NCBI RefSeq assembly: GCF_018977255.1
Contig: NW_024704743.1
Span: forward strand, 42,038,001 to 42,102,000
Origin: Callorhinchus milii
Taxonomy: Eukaryota
DNA: 64,000 nucleotides
Reading direction: 5' to 3'
The notes under the pieces are model-generated. The model was not told the origin of the DNA. It saw nothing but the letters and a program-made list of their open reading frames with translations, and did not search any database. Shown here piece by piece: positions 48,842 to 60,312 of this stretch. Both the position numbers and the translations under genes were made by a program. Position 1 is the stretch's first letter; the number at the start of each line of letters is the position of its first letter.

Positions 48842-49130
48842 CAAACAACAACAATAATAAATTACACTTGTATAGCATCTTTCATGTCAGAAGAACAACC
48901 CAAGGCATTGGACAGTCAAGGGTTTGCACCTGAGCTGAGGGTTGGAATCAAGCGGGATGGAGGGTTTGGGGTGGGTTGGAGTGTTTGCCCACTGCTGCCA
49001 GAGATACGACATGGGATGTTTCAGTTTGCTGCTTCCAACCGCACTGTCCCTGGAGGTATGTAGGACAACAACAACAACAAAATTACATTTGTAAAGCACC
49101 GTTCACATCGGGAGGACATCCCAAGGTGCT
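48842..49130 (-). mobile_element. Two short L2 3' fragments
   Basis: aacaacaacaataataaattacacttgtatagc and caacaacaacaaaattacatttgtaaagcaccgttcacatcgggaggacatcccaaggtgct. Confidence 0.75.
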
Positions 49131-49504
49131 AAGAAAATGTGAGGTGTGCTTCCATGTCTCTGGAAGTTGTCTTTCTGCTTCAATTAACATGCAGGCCTGT
49201 TGTTGGTGGCAGTACTCTGAAGTATTTTCAATATATCTGTAATTTAAGATATGACCTACAATGCCTAAGATAGTAAGTATGCTCTTCTTGGTATATCACT
49301 ACTCCCAATGTTCTGATTGTTCAGTAAGTAAAACATAAATGCAGCTTTTTTTAGCAAATTGAATTGACTTGATTCAGGTGATTGCACCTGGCATTAGATG
49401 AAGACCTCTAGAACATCACATGCTGTCCTATATTGGTCCTGTCACCACACTGAAGACAGATGTCCATCGAATGACTACATGGGATAGTTGCAAAAAGTCT
49501 TAAG

Positions 49505-49992
49505 CTTGGGATGAAAGCTGCTGGAAGGTGTTATCTAGATACTGGGTTTGTGAACACATCTTTATATAAACAGGTGTGATGCATACCTTGATAGGTATGC
49601 AGAGAGTTAAGTCGAACATCGGTGTCTGGTAGTCTAGTCAAATGGTGGAATCATTTGATGGCTAAGAAGAGGAATTTATCTGTCCTGTAGGCAAGAGGAT
49701 AATGATAGGAGATTGCCCTAGTTGAACAAGCAGCAGGAAGCATACCAGTGTACTGCAGTTGTATTTGGAGTGAGTTTAGCTGATTAAGCAATCCTCCCAC
49801 ACATATTCTGGGGTCCTTAATCTTTGGCTCTTGACAAGCTGCACCTAAATTCTCTAAGATTGGTTAAGTAGCATCTCTCCAGGGAGACAGTGCACACTCC
49901 ACACCAAACAAAGAGAAACCATATTTATATGTAGAACTCTAGTAGTTTAATTTGAGACTCTTAAACATAGAGATAACCAGCTAACACAAAAA
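49505..49992. mobile_element. Family X repeat, internally deleted copy
   Basis: atgaaagctgctggaaggtgttatctagatactgggttt matches the reverse complement of 3041-3079. ctagttgaacaagcagc, tttagctgatta and ctttggctcttg match 8297-8423. Confidence 0.7.
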
Positions 49993-50524
49993 GTAAATTC
50001 ACTTTATCATTTTCTAATATTTTAAACCTTTCAACATTACTAGTGTTAAAAGTCACATTTCAGCAAGGTTTTTTTCACATTCACAGTCTTAAAGACAATA
50101 TATTTCAATATAAAAACCTGGCAGAACTAACAATATAAAATGTCTAAACCTTAATAATAGATATGATTAATGCTGATACAATACAAATGATGCCTTCATG
50201 TATTTCTGCTTATAAAATAACGTGTGTAAGAAACCTATCAGCATAACATTGTATATATGTATTATTTCCAGTGGACAGTTCAGAAAAATCTGCAATCGCA
50301 ATGCTTTTTGTGGAAATACCAATTCATGTTATACTGACTAAGGCAGAACTCCTCTGCTAATGGGATAGCAACTGTATAACATTTCACCTCATACACGTCA
50401 CAATAATAATGTCACTGAGATCTGAGGAATACATATATTGTAATACTTCGTTATAGATATTTCTAAAATGAAATAAACAAAAATTATGTCAATAATGAGC
50501 TGTACCTCTTAACACAATGAGAAA

Positions 50525-50650
50525 GGAACATAAGAAATCAGGACCAGGAGGAGGAGACCATTCAACCCATTCAGCCTGTTCCACATTTTTATTAGATTTT
50601 GGCAGATCTTTTAATCTCAATGCTCTGCCTTTTTACCATACCCTTTAATA
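50525..50650 (-). mobile_element. CR1 3' terminal fragment
   Basis: gaacataagaaatcaggaccagga...ccattcaacccattcagcctgttccac...gcagatct. Confidence 0.65.
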
Positions 50651-50679
50651 CATCCTTTTGATGAAATAGTGCTCCTTAC

Positions 50680-51250
50680 ATTTGGTATAGCACATTTCAT
50701 GGCTGGAGGTCATCTCAAAACATTTAACAGAATTTACTACAATGTGTATTTTGTATTCTATTAGTGATTGGGAAGTCCTCCCGACGTGAAAGGCGCTATA
50801 CAAATGTAATTTTGTGTTGTACTTTTGTATGGTATTAAGGCAGCTAATTTGTGCAAAACAATATTCCACAAACAGCCACAATGTGAATGATCAATTTTAT
50901 GTTGGTGGTATGTTGAATGAAAAACTCGTTTCTCTTTCCAAGTAGTGCCATAGGATCTTTAACGTTTACCTAAACAGATAGATGGGACTTCAATCGTTTT
51001 AATATCTCACACGAAGGGCAATGCCACCAACATTGCAGCACACCAGCACTGCACTGAAGTGTCAACTTAGACTATAAATTCAAAGTCACAATGTGAGTCT
51101 CGAAACCCACAACTTGGGCTTGCAATTGTTGGATTTCAGGAGCATGGTTATCATAAGGGATGATAATGGTGCTCCTGAAATCCTGGGATTGCAACCCCTA
51201 CCCTAAACTTTCTCACTCAAAGACGAAAGTGCTACCAACTGGGCTAGGTT
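50680..51250 (-). mobile_element. Deu-domain SINE hosting an L2 tail (about 50762-50820) and a hAT MITE
   Basis: tagtgccataggatctttaacgtttacctaaacag, gcactgcactgaagtgtcaacttaga and aaagtgctaccaactgggc. Confidence 0.8.
51114..51200. mobile_element. 87-bp palindromic hAT-type MITE
   Basis: 41-bp inverted arms around aaggg. Termini ttgggcttgcaa and ttgcaaccccta. Flanks cccacaac and ccctaaac (8 bp, 6/8 identical). Confidence 0.75.
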
Positions 51251-52496
51251 TACGCATAATAGGCTTAGTAGCTCTACTAATTCTTTCCTTAAGCTGAAAA
51301 AAATGGGGAATTACTTTGGTAATAGGTAATCTATGAGAATTCTGTTTTAATGAGTTCAGTTTCTAAAGCAAAGTTCTGCGGCCAATCCCTTACTGAGAAA
51401 TCCATATTGAAGAATCTTTTTTGAGAAATACTTTAAATTAGACCTTTTTTCTGTACTTTCAACATTATCTTCTCTTCGCTATTATACTTAGTATTTTTGT
51501 CACAAGTAAAGTTTTGAAATGTTTTATTTTTATTTTCAGTTGAGTTTTGGTTATATTTATTTGCTTTCTTTTCTGTATTTATTGAAGTGCTAACATTATC
51601 ATGGTATTTGAGCAATTTTATTGCCGTGCTATTCCCTGTGCTTTGTAGGCAAACAGGATCCGCAGCAGCCAACATCCTGCAAACAGCCATGAAGTATTCA
51701 AATGATGAATAATATATGAAAAAAGGACTGGTCATAATTACTATTTTATGACATTTCAAATCACGTGGTAGTAATTCCACCTGAATCTGGATTTATTCTA
51801 TCTATGTAATATTTCAGAATGACCAGAATTTGTCAAATTCTTCAATGTGGTATTGCAGTTTGAAATCTGGTTTCTGTAAATTCATTTAAGAACTACAAAA
51901 ACACTAATGAGGATTATTATTATTATTATTATCATTATTATTATTATATCTTTAAACTAAGGACTGAATTCAACTATTTGACAAATTTAAGAAGTTGTAA
52001 ATTGCCACACAAATAGAGTAAATTTCGACCAGTTGGAATTTCTTCCCATACGTGTTTAACTCATAGACATTCAATATCACTTATGGTGGTTAGTTGTTTA
52101 TCATGAATCACTTCCATCATGTGGCAGAACCAAACAAACTGGAGGTATCAGCTAAATCGTGCCTTGAGCCATTGAAATGACCTGGACTCTGTAATCTGGA
52201 CATGAAACATACATGTGGTGTGATAATCAACACCAGAGATAAATATCTCATGATCAAAATTTTCCCCAGCCTGTCCATGTCTTAATCAATGTCTCGCCCC
52301 AGGTCAATCTCATTCCCCTTATTCAAAATCGGTCCAATGGTTGGACCTGAAGTTGTTCCTGAAATTGTTGGCATGACATTTCTACCCAACTGTTTTGCTC
52401 ACAGTTCTGATCTAATTCCAAGGCTGTTGTAATGATGGAGATTAAATTGGTCGGTGGTTTTCCATTGAATTTTAATTAAGAGAATCCACAGATATT

Positions 52497-52880
52497 CAAC
52501 AACAATTTGGATTTATATAGCACCCTCCTCGCTGGACAGCGTCTCAGAGTGCTTTACAGTAATGGATCCTGGGGCCGAGCCAGGGGGAGAGGGAGAAAGG
52601 TGACTAAAGGCGCGGTCGAAGAGAAAGGTCTTCAGCAGAGACCTGAAAATAGGAAGAGAAGGGGCGAGGTGAAGGGAGTGAGGAAGGGAATTCCAGAGCT
52701 TCAGGGCATAGTGGCTGAAGGCACGACCACCGAGGGTGGAGCAGAGGATTCGGGGCACGAGGAGGAGGCCAGACCTGGAGGAACGAAGGCAACGGGTACT
52801 GTTTTGAGGAGAGAGGAGGTCAGAGAGGTAGGGGGGTGCAGATGAGTGGAGGGATTTGAATACAAGGGTGAGGATCACAG
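52497..52880 (-). mobile_element. L2-clade LINE 3' fragment
   Basis: ILTLVFKSLHSSAPPYLSDLL...LRSSRSGLLLVPR...GGRAFSHYALKLWNSLPHSL...FRSLLKTFLF. Confidence 0.93.
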
Positions 52881-52999
52881 AGATGATAGATTTGGATCTG
52901 TGATATAGGCGCTTGACTGAAGAAGAATAACTGTTATTGGTAGAGGTGATGTTACTTCTACTCTTTGCTCACTGCTACACTTTGAGATGTCTGGAGTGT

Positions 53000-53096
53000 C
53001 TGTTGGGTCCGGGTCATGACCCAACTGTGCAGCGCCTTGGGACGTCCTCCTGACGTGAAAGGCGCTTTATAAATGGAATCTTGTTGTTGTTGTTGT
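53000..53096 (+). mobile_element. Short L2 3' end
   Basis: gacccaactgtgcagcgccttgggacgtcctcctgacgtgaaaggcgctttataaatggaatcttgttgttg. Confidence 0.88.
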
Positions 53097-54351
53097 CTCT
53101 CAGATCCCAGAGCAGAGTGACCAAACAATCCTCCCTCCAGTCTGCCTGACCCCTGTTTTGCCCACTCTCCCTTATTTTGAGAACTCTCCCCTCTCAGATT
53201 TCACTCCCTGGCATGACCAGTACTGCAATTTCCCCTTTGAAAACTTGTAACAATGCTCATTAACAGCCTCAGGCTAATTAGTCTCAATTAGAAAAAATGC
53301 CTTTTTGGACAGTTACCAACTGAGCGAGTCTGACCTGATTTGCTTTGATAGACCAATGGCACAGCATGAAACACAGTTAAGGTGGTCTAGTTGGCAGAAC
53401 AGTCTGACTTTATGGTTCATCTGCTCACAACACTGCTCAACACATCCTCTTCATTATTCCAGGCTATGGCCACTCAGAGACATCAAGCTATCTGAGTTGC
53501 TGAAATATGATCTGCATTGCAAATTACTTTTATTGCTATTTTCTGCATAAATTGATGGCTAACTTCCAATTGTTAATAACTTTGAATAATTTTAACTAAC
53601 GTGACATCAAATGGCTTAGGAACGAGAGTATGTTATAATACATGCATGGATCAGAGAAAACAATAATATATCTACTGCTAAGTTACCAGTGTTGATATCA
53701 GCAGCCCTAATTTATTTATAGAAAGATAGAAACAAGTGTCAAACCAAGTGCTGTCATTGCCTTCTATCACTACATACCCCAATTTCTCCCTTCCATGTAG
53801 ATAACAAAAACCTATCTGTTTCTGTTCATACAGAATATGAGCAGAGCACAAACAATACAAATAAATGTTATGAATAATATGAACAACTTGGACAGATTGA
53901 GGGAGAGAGTTCCGAAGTTTCGGGGTGTAGTGGCTGAAAGCATGTCCGCCGATGATACAATGGAATGGAAGAGGGACAAGCAGGAGACTATCTAATGTAT
54001 TATTAGTAGTGCATTTGATTAATTATTATTTGAATAACAATATGTTAAAAGAGTGCTCCCCCACGCATACTGAAATTTCTTCCAGCACACACCACATAAA
54101 ATAATCTAATAACCCTAGTATTTAACGTATTTAACTGTCTTCTCGTTAGAAAATGGTCTCTTTGTCGCAGAATTCTGAGCATGAGATACAATGATTTAAA
54201 TATAACATATTTAAGTTTCTCAGCCCTCAGCAAGAACCCTCATTTTCCTGAAGTAACAATTCAATGGAAGCACGGGTTTACATTGTGCTGAACAGCCCAC
54301 TTTCTGAGGATAGGGACTGATCCGAGGTCTTGTATATACTGTTGTGCTGCT

Positions 54352-54627
<276 letters not shown>

Positions 54628-54885
54628 TGATTGTACTTATAAAGAAATTCATAATAGGGCGAATAATGTAATGTTTTGTAACAGATTCAGTATGATTATA
54701 ACATTGAATTATGAAACTTCTCACTAGTCACCCAATATGCTGCTTCAGTCATCAGAGTTGTGAGTTCTTTTGGCTCATTGTGCTTAAGCGCCCAGACACG
54801 GTGGTTTCTTCTCTTTGCTGTGAAATTTCTCTAATCTTATAATTCTCTTTGAGATAGATCCAACTATATTATATTTTAATAATCA

Positions 54886-55315
54886 CAACAACAACAAAAT
54901 TACATTTATAGAGCGCCTTTCACGTCAGGAGGACGTCCCAAAGCGCTGAACAGTCAGGTGTCGGGGCCCGAGCATGGGGGATGTTTGGTTTAAGGGTGAG
55001 GGAAAGCAGAGAGGAGAGGGAGACCAAAGGCACAATTGAAGAGGAGGGTCTTGAGTCCGGCCTTAAAGGAGGCAAGGGAGGAAGCGAGGCGAAGGGACCG
55101 CGCGATGGAGTTCCAGAGTGTGGGGGCAGAGAGGCTGAAAGGTAGGGTAGGTCAGGCGGGAGACATGGAGCAGGCCAGAGCCTGATGAACAGAGGGAGCG
55201 GGCAGGTTGGTAGGGAGTCAGCAAGTCAGAGAAGTAGGAGGGGGCAAGGCCATGGATGGCCTTAAAAATGAGGACGAGGATCTTGAACTCGATCCTCTGG
55301 GGGATGGGGAGCCAA
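54886..55315 (-). mobile_element. L2-clade LINE 3' fragment with (TTG)n tail
   Basis: Body is colinear with 42673-43130; tail tataaatgtaattttgttgttg. Confidence 0.9.
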
Positions 55316-56039
55316 TTAGTGAAAAATGGGCACTTGAAGTTTAAGAGATTGCTCAGAATCCGATTGCAAGACTTCTAATTTTACAAAGAAACACTGTCAG
55401 AGTTAGGAGGAAAATGGTGGTGATGCATTGTAACTCTGCATAAAGGCGACAGAAATAAACAGAGCACTGTGATTCCCCTGGGTTCATCTTAAAAAGATGT
55501 AGGCTTCTGAAACGTGCATGTCTGTTTCCATTAGAGCTATGTGAAGAGCAACCAGTGATAGGTGATTCATTACTGGAGCAGCCCGCGGCACTGATGCTGG
55601 GCTACGGACATCACGTCTCACAAAGAGCCAGCACAGAATAATCGAGCTCTGATGTTTGAAGTTACAAATTGTTCACTTCATTTCATAAGTGCCTTATAAT
55701 TTAAAATGATTCAGTTAAACCATTTTATTGTTTTTTCTAAGTCATGGCAACCGTCCAGTACCTCACTTTACATTCCAGTCACCATTTTGACTCACCGGCA
55801 CATGAAGAGACAATCATTTTGCGCATCTGAAGACAAAATGAGACATTTGTTTCAGAAACCACTAGAAAATTGCAACAATTCCATTGCATTCAGCAACTGA
55901 AGAATTCAATAAGACTTAATGGGAAAGAATTAGTACTGTATGAGGTGTTTGCTTTATTTATGAAACAACTTTATTTTTCTTATTGCTTCTTGACTTTCAT
56001 ATTTCTCCCTTCTTGGATGAGAGAGAATCAAGGAACTTT

Positions 56040-56320
56040 CATTTTTATGGTATGCCATCATGTTAAAGTGGGTCAAAGCACTTCATGTGCAGTTATAGAA
56101 ATTGTTGTGATTTTTCATTCTGCAGCCAAGCTTGGCAGACAATTTGGGTACAGCAGGCCCCTCAAATAGTTATGAGATAAATGACCAATTCATCTGGAGG
56201 GTTGTTGGCCAGGTTGCCGGGAAAAATTAATTTCTCTGTTTGAATAATGTTATGAGATCTATAATGTCCATCTGAAGAATAGCACCAAGGATTTTGGTTA
56301 AATATCTCATCCAAAGGATA
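56040..56320 (-). mobile_element. Degenerate Deu-domain SINE
   Basis: gttgttggccagg...tgaataatgttatgagatctataatgtccatctgaa...ggttaaatatctcatccaaagga. Confidence 0.6.
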
Positions 56321-57269
56321 GATTACTAGCGGAATGCAGGTGAACCTGGCTTTGGGTAAATAGAATTTCCAATTTGCACTCAGCTCTTTAATTCAGAAAA
56401 GGGTTAGCCTGTAAGGAGAAGCATCATATGATTGTATTTTTATTAAAAGAGGAAATATTAGATTTCTAATTCAAGAGATGTTATCAAAAAGCCTACCAGT
56501 TAGCAACATGCTGTAATGCTCACAGAACTTGTTAAAAGAGGGGCCAAATCCTACATAAAGTAATTTGTGTAAGATAATTATATGCCTGCAGTACATTTGA
56601 TGCTGACTTAATCGTGGAGTATTTGAAATCCATCCTGTATTTATTGTTGTACATTGTAAATTACATTTCACAGGAAATATTGCACCTGTGATAATGGTTT
56701 CAGTTTATACCTTAAATAAACCATTTATAGGTTCCATTTGAGGATTAGCCAATAGCTTAACAGTTTATCCAGCACCATTGTACTTTCTATATGGGAAAGA
56801 TTGCTTCTAATAATGCTCTGTATGCATTGTCAGCTGGGTATTTAGAGATAGAGTGAGCCCAGCAGATATTTTTAGAAATATCATTAGGGATTTAGCTTTG
56901 CTCACTGGAAAAACCCATTGCATTACATTGATTAATGAAAAATAGGTCGTACATGAGTATAAACCGCAGGAATACCCCATAGGAGAGTGAATTCCATAAG
57001 GCACAGTGAAAAATAATATTGGAGTAACTAGAAGGGAACCGCAGCTAGCTCCATGCATTCCCTTGACGTGCAGTTATTTTATATGAACACAAAAAATTAC
57101 GAATTTGACATGAACTTCTTTTTATCTTAAATTGAACAATACCAATACTTTGTGTTATATAATTGTAAAGTTAACATTAATGAAGACAGACAAAATAGCT
57201 CAGTTATCTGTTTAAGCTTCTGATACACACTTTGTATCTTGGCCCCAACCACCCTTCCTACTAACCTGT

Positions 57270-57548
57270 CCAGTCATTAATTACCAACTGGGTAAAGAAA
57301 TGCTTCCTGCTGTCTGTCCTGAAATTGTCCTTTGCAACTCTAAACCTATGACCTCTTGTTCTTCTGTCATGTTGCATCTGCAAGTATTGTTCAGGATTTA
57401 CTTTTTCACTCCTAATTAAAATAGTATATACCTAAAATAGGGTTCCCTCTGAAATACCTGCTTTCAACTGAACAACCCTAGCTTAACTAATCGTTGCTCA
57501 GAACTCATTCCTCTAACACTGGGATCATCCTCATTGCTCTCCTCTGAT
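57270..57548 (-). mobile_element. Ancient CR1 3' ORF2 remnant
   Basis: gggtaaagaaatgcttcctg...ctaaacctatgacctcttgt (TRGHRFR on the minus strand) and ctgggatcatcctcattgctctcctctg (QRRAMRMIP). Confidence 0.7.
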
Positions 57549-57604
57549 TTAGGTGAGTCAGTTATAATACTGAGGACCTCTATTACTGGAATATGATGTA
57601 AACT

Positions 57605-58975
57605 TTTAGCCTGACATCGGTGTTAGGGAAAATTGTAGAGTCTAAAATTAGGGATGTCTTACTGGGGCACTTAGAAAGTCATAATATGATTAGGCAGAGT
57701 CAACACAGTTTTATGAAAGGGAAATCGTATTTAACAAATTTTTTAGAGTTTTTTGAAGAAGGGTAACTAATAGGTTAGATAGGGGGAACCAGTGGATATA
57801 GTGTACTTGGATTTTCAGAAAGCATTCGACAAGGGGCCACATAAAAGGTGGTTACATAAGATTAGGGCGCATGGAATTAAGGGTAATACATTAGCGTGGA
57901 TCGAAGAGTGATTAACAGTCAGAAAACAGAGAGTAGGGATAAACGGGTCCTTCTCAGATTGGCAGGTTGTGACTAGTGGAGTGCCGCAAGGATCAGTGCT
58001 TGGGCCTCAACTGTATACAGTCTACATCAATGACTTAGATGAGGAAATAGAGCTTAATGTATCTAAATTTGCAGACGATGCAAAGTTAAGTGAGAAAGTA
58101 AGCTGTGAGGAGGACACAAGGAGGATGCAAAGTAATAAAGACAGGATAAGTGAGTGGGCAAGAAGGTGGCAGATGGAGTATAATGTGGGGAAGTGTGAAG
58201 TTATTCACCTAGGTAGAAAACATAGAAAAGCAGTTTATTTTCTGTAGGGGGAGAGACTAGATAGTGTTAATATTCAGAGAGATTTAGGTGTCCTCATACA
58301 CCAATCACTGAAAGTTAATATGCAGGTACAGCAAGGAATTAGGAAGGCTAATAGCATGTTAGCGGTTATTGTAAAGGGCTTAGAGTATAAGAGTCGGCAA
58401 GTCTTGCTGCAATTGTATAGGGCCTTGTTGAGACCTCACCTGGAATACTGAGTGCAGTTTTGGTCTCCTTATCTAAGAAAGGATATACTCGCCTTAGAGG
58501 GGTGCAACGTAGGTTCACTAGGTTGGTTCCTGGGATGAGGGGTTGACCTATGAGGAGAGGTTGAGTAGACTAGGCCTATATTCTATAGAATATAGAAACC
58601 TATAAGATTCTTAAGGGTCTTGACAGGGTAGATGGTGTGAGACTGTTTCTCATGGTTGGAGAATCTAAAACTGGAGTTCATAGTCTCAGGATTAAAGGTT
58701 ATCCCTTTAGAACTGAGTTGAGAAAACATTTCTTCACTCAGATGGTAGCGAATTTATGGAATTTTCTATCCCAGAAGGCTGTGAATGCTCAGTCATTGAA
58801 CATATTCAAGAGTGAGATCGATAGATTTTTAAAAACTAATGGGATTAAGGGATATAGGGATAGGGCGGGTAAATGGAATTTGGTTAGAAGATCAGCCATG
58901 ATCTTATTAAATGGCGGGGCAGGCTCGAGGGGCTGAATGGCCTACTCCTGCTCCTATTTCTTATGTTCTTATGAT
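57605..58975 (+). mobile_element. CR1-clade LINE, RT domain to 3' end, disrupted
   Basis: YLDFQKAFDK, SGVPQGSVLGPQLYTVYINDL, SKFADDAKL, FRTELRKHFFTQMVANLWN. Ends ggggctgaatggcctactcctgctcctatttcttatgttcttatg. Confidence 0.96.
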
Positions 58976-60059
58976 CTTAACCTGATACACAGTTATAGTA
59001 GAGCACAATTGTAACAGGGTAGTTGGAGTTCATAAAATCAGTACCGGTCAGCGCTTCCATATTTGTGGAAAAATGTGCAGAAAACAGCACTTACTCAACT
59101 CAGTTGAGAAGATGGACAGCATTTTGAATGAGCAAGATCACATTTTTGATTTTCTTGGTAAGTAAATGCTACAGTCCACACTATTATTGCACTGTAAGCT
59201 AACCTGCATAATAATAAAGCACTTTACAAAGGAGTTCCACTGTATAATAATCCTAACATCAGAATGATGTTTTAAAGTGCTTTGCACAAGTTACTGAAGC
59301 TTTAACGACTGTGTAGGCGAACCTGGCAGCCAATTTGCGTGGCACAACTGTTACAAGCTGACTTGTGTATGCACACAAGTTAAATTCCAGTAATGGGCAG
59401 ATTGCAGTCCAATTTGTGATATCTGTAATGGGAATTAATAACATGGACCAGATAGATAATGTCTGTCGGGAATTCCAGTAGATGTGACACTTCAAGTTAC
59501 CACCAAAAGTCTCTATTTGCAATTTTCACTCGCTATCAGAACTCCCTTCATGTATATGATTAAGGGGACCCCAATATTGTTTGTTAACCTATGTGAATAG
59601 TGATAGTTCTGTATTACTTTCAGTTTCATTAACAGATGTCCACTGAAAGAATTAGTGTTCAGTTGTCCATTGAAAGACTAGATTGGGAGGCAGCAAACAG
59701 GTATCTAGTATTGTATTCCTTTGAGGAAGATGAGGTAAGTATTGAGGCCAAGGAGAAGGTAAGAGAAACTAATGAACAGATCTGACATGAGGTAAGTCAG
59801 ACAGTTGACACCAGCTGGGAGAATCATAATTGGAGGTGACAGATACAAAGGAGATAGCCAGACAAGCAATTTTTGGCCATATCAAGGGACTCATCAGTAA
59901 GGTGTGGAGAGTGAGCTTTGTGAGGAAAATAACATAACTAAGACTCTATATTGTTTTCCAGAGCAAAGGTGAGGGCTATAAAATAAGAGAAAATAAAATA
60001 ATGAGGGGGGAGAGAGTTAATCCAGCCATGGTTTTACGTGGTAAAGTTACTGAAGTTTT

Positions 60060-60312
60060 TTTTAAATCAGGGAGGACACAAATAACATGTCCACTAACAG
60101 CTAGTAAACATTGTTAGAGCTTCAAAAGCATTCAGGAACAAACAAATTCTCTGGGACAGATAAACTGTACCCCAGGGTATTTAGGGAGACACAGCAGGAG
60201 ACTTGTGCAGCACTGACACACATTATGAGGGAGTCAATCATGACTGGTGAGATTTCAACAGACTGGAAGCAAACAGATGTTGTTCCCACATTCAAGAAGG
60301 GCAACAAAACTA
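60060..60312 (+). mobile_element. Old CR1 ORF2 fragment (pre-RT region), cut by L2
   Basis: NKFSGTDKLYPRVFRE...ALTHIMRESIMTGEISTDWKQTDVVPTFKKGNK. Confidence 0.8.
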
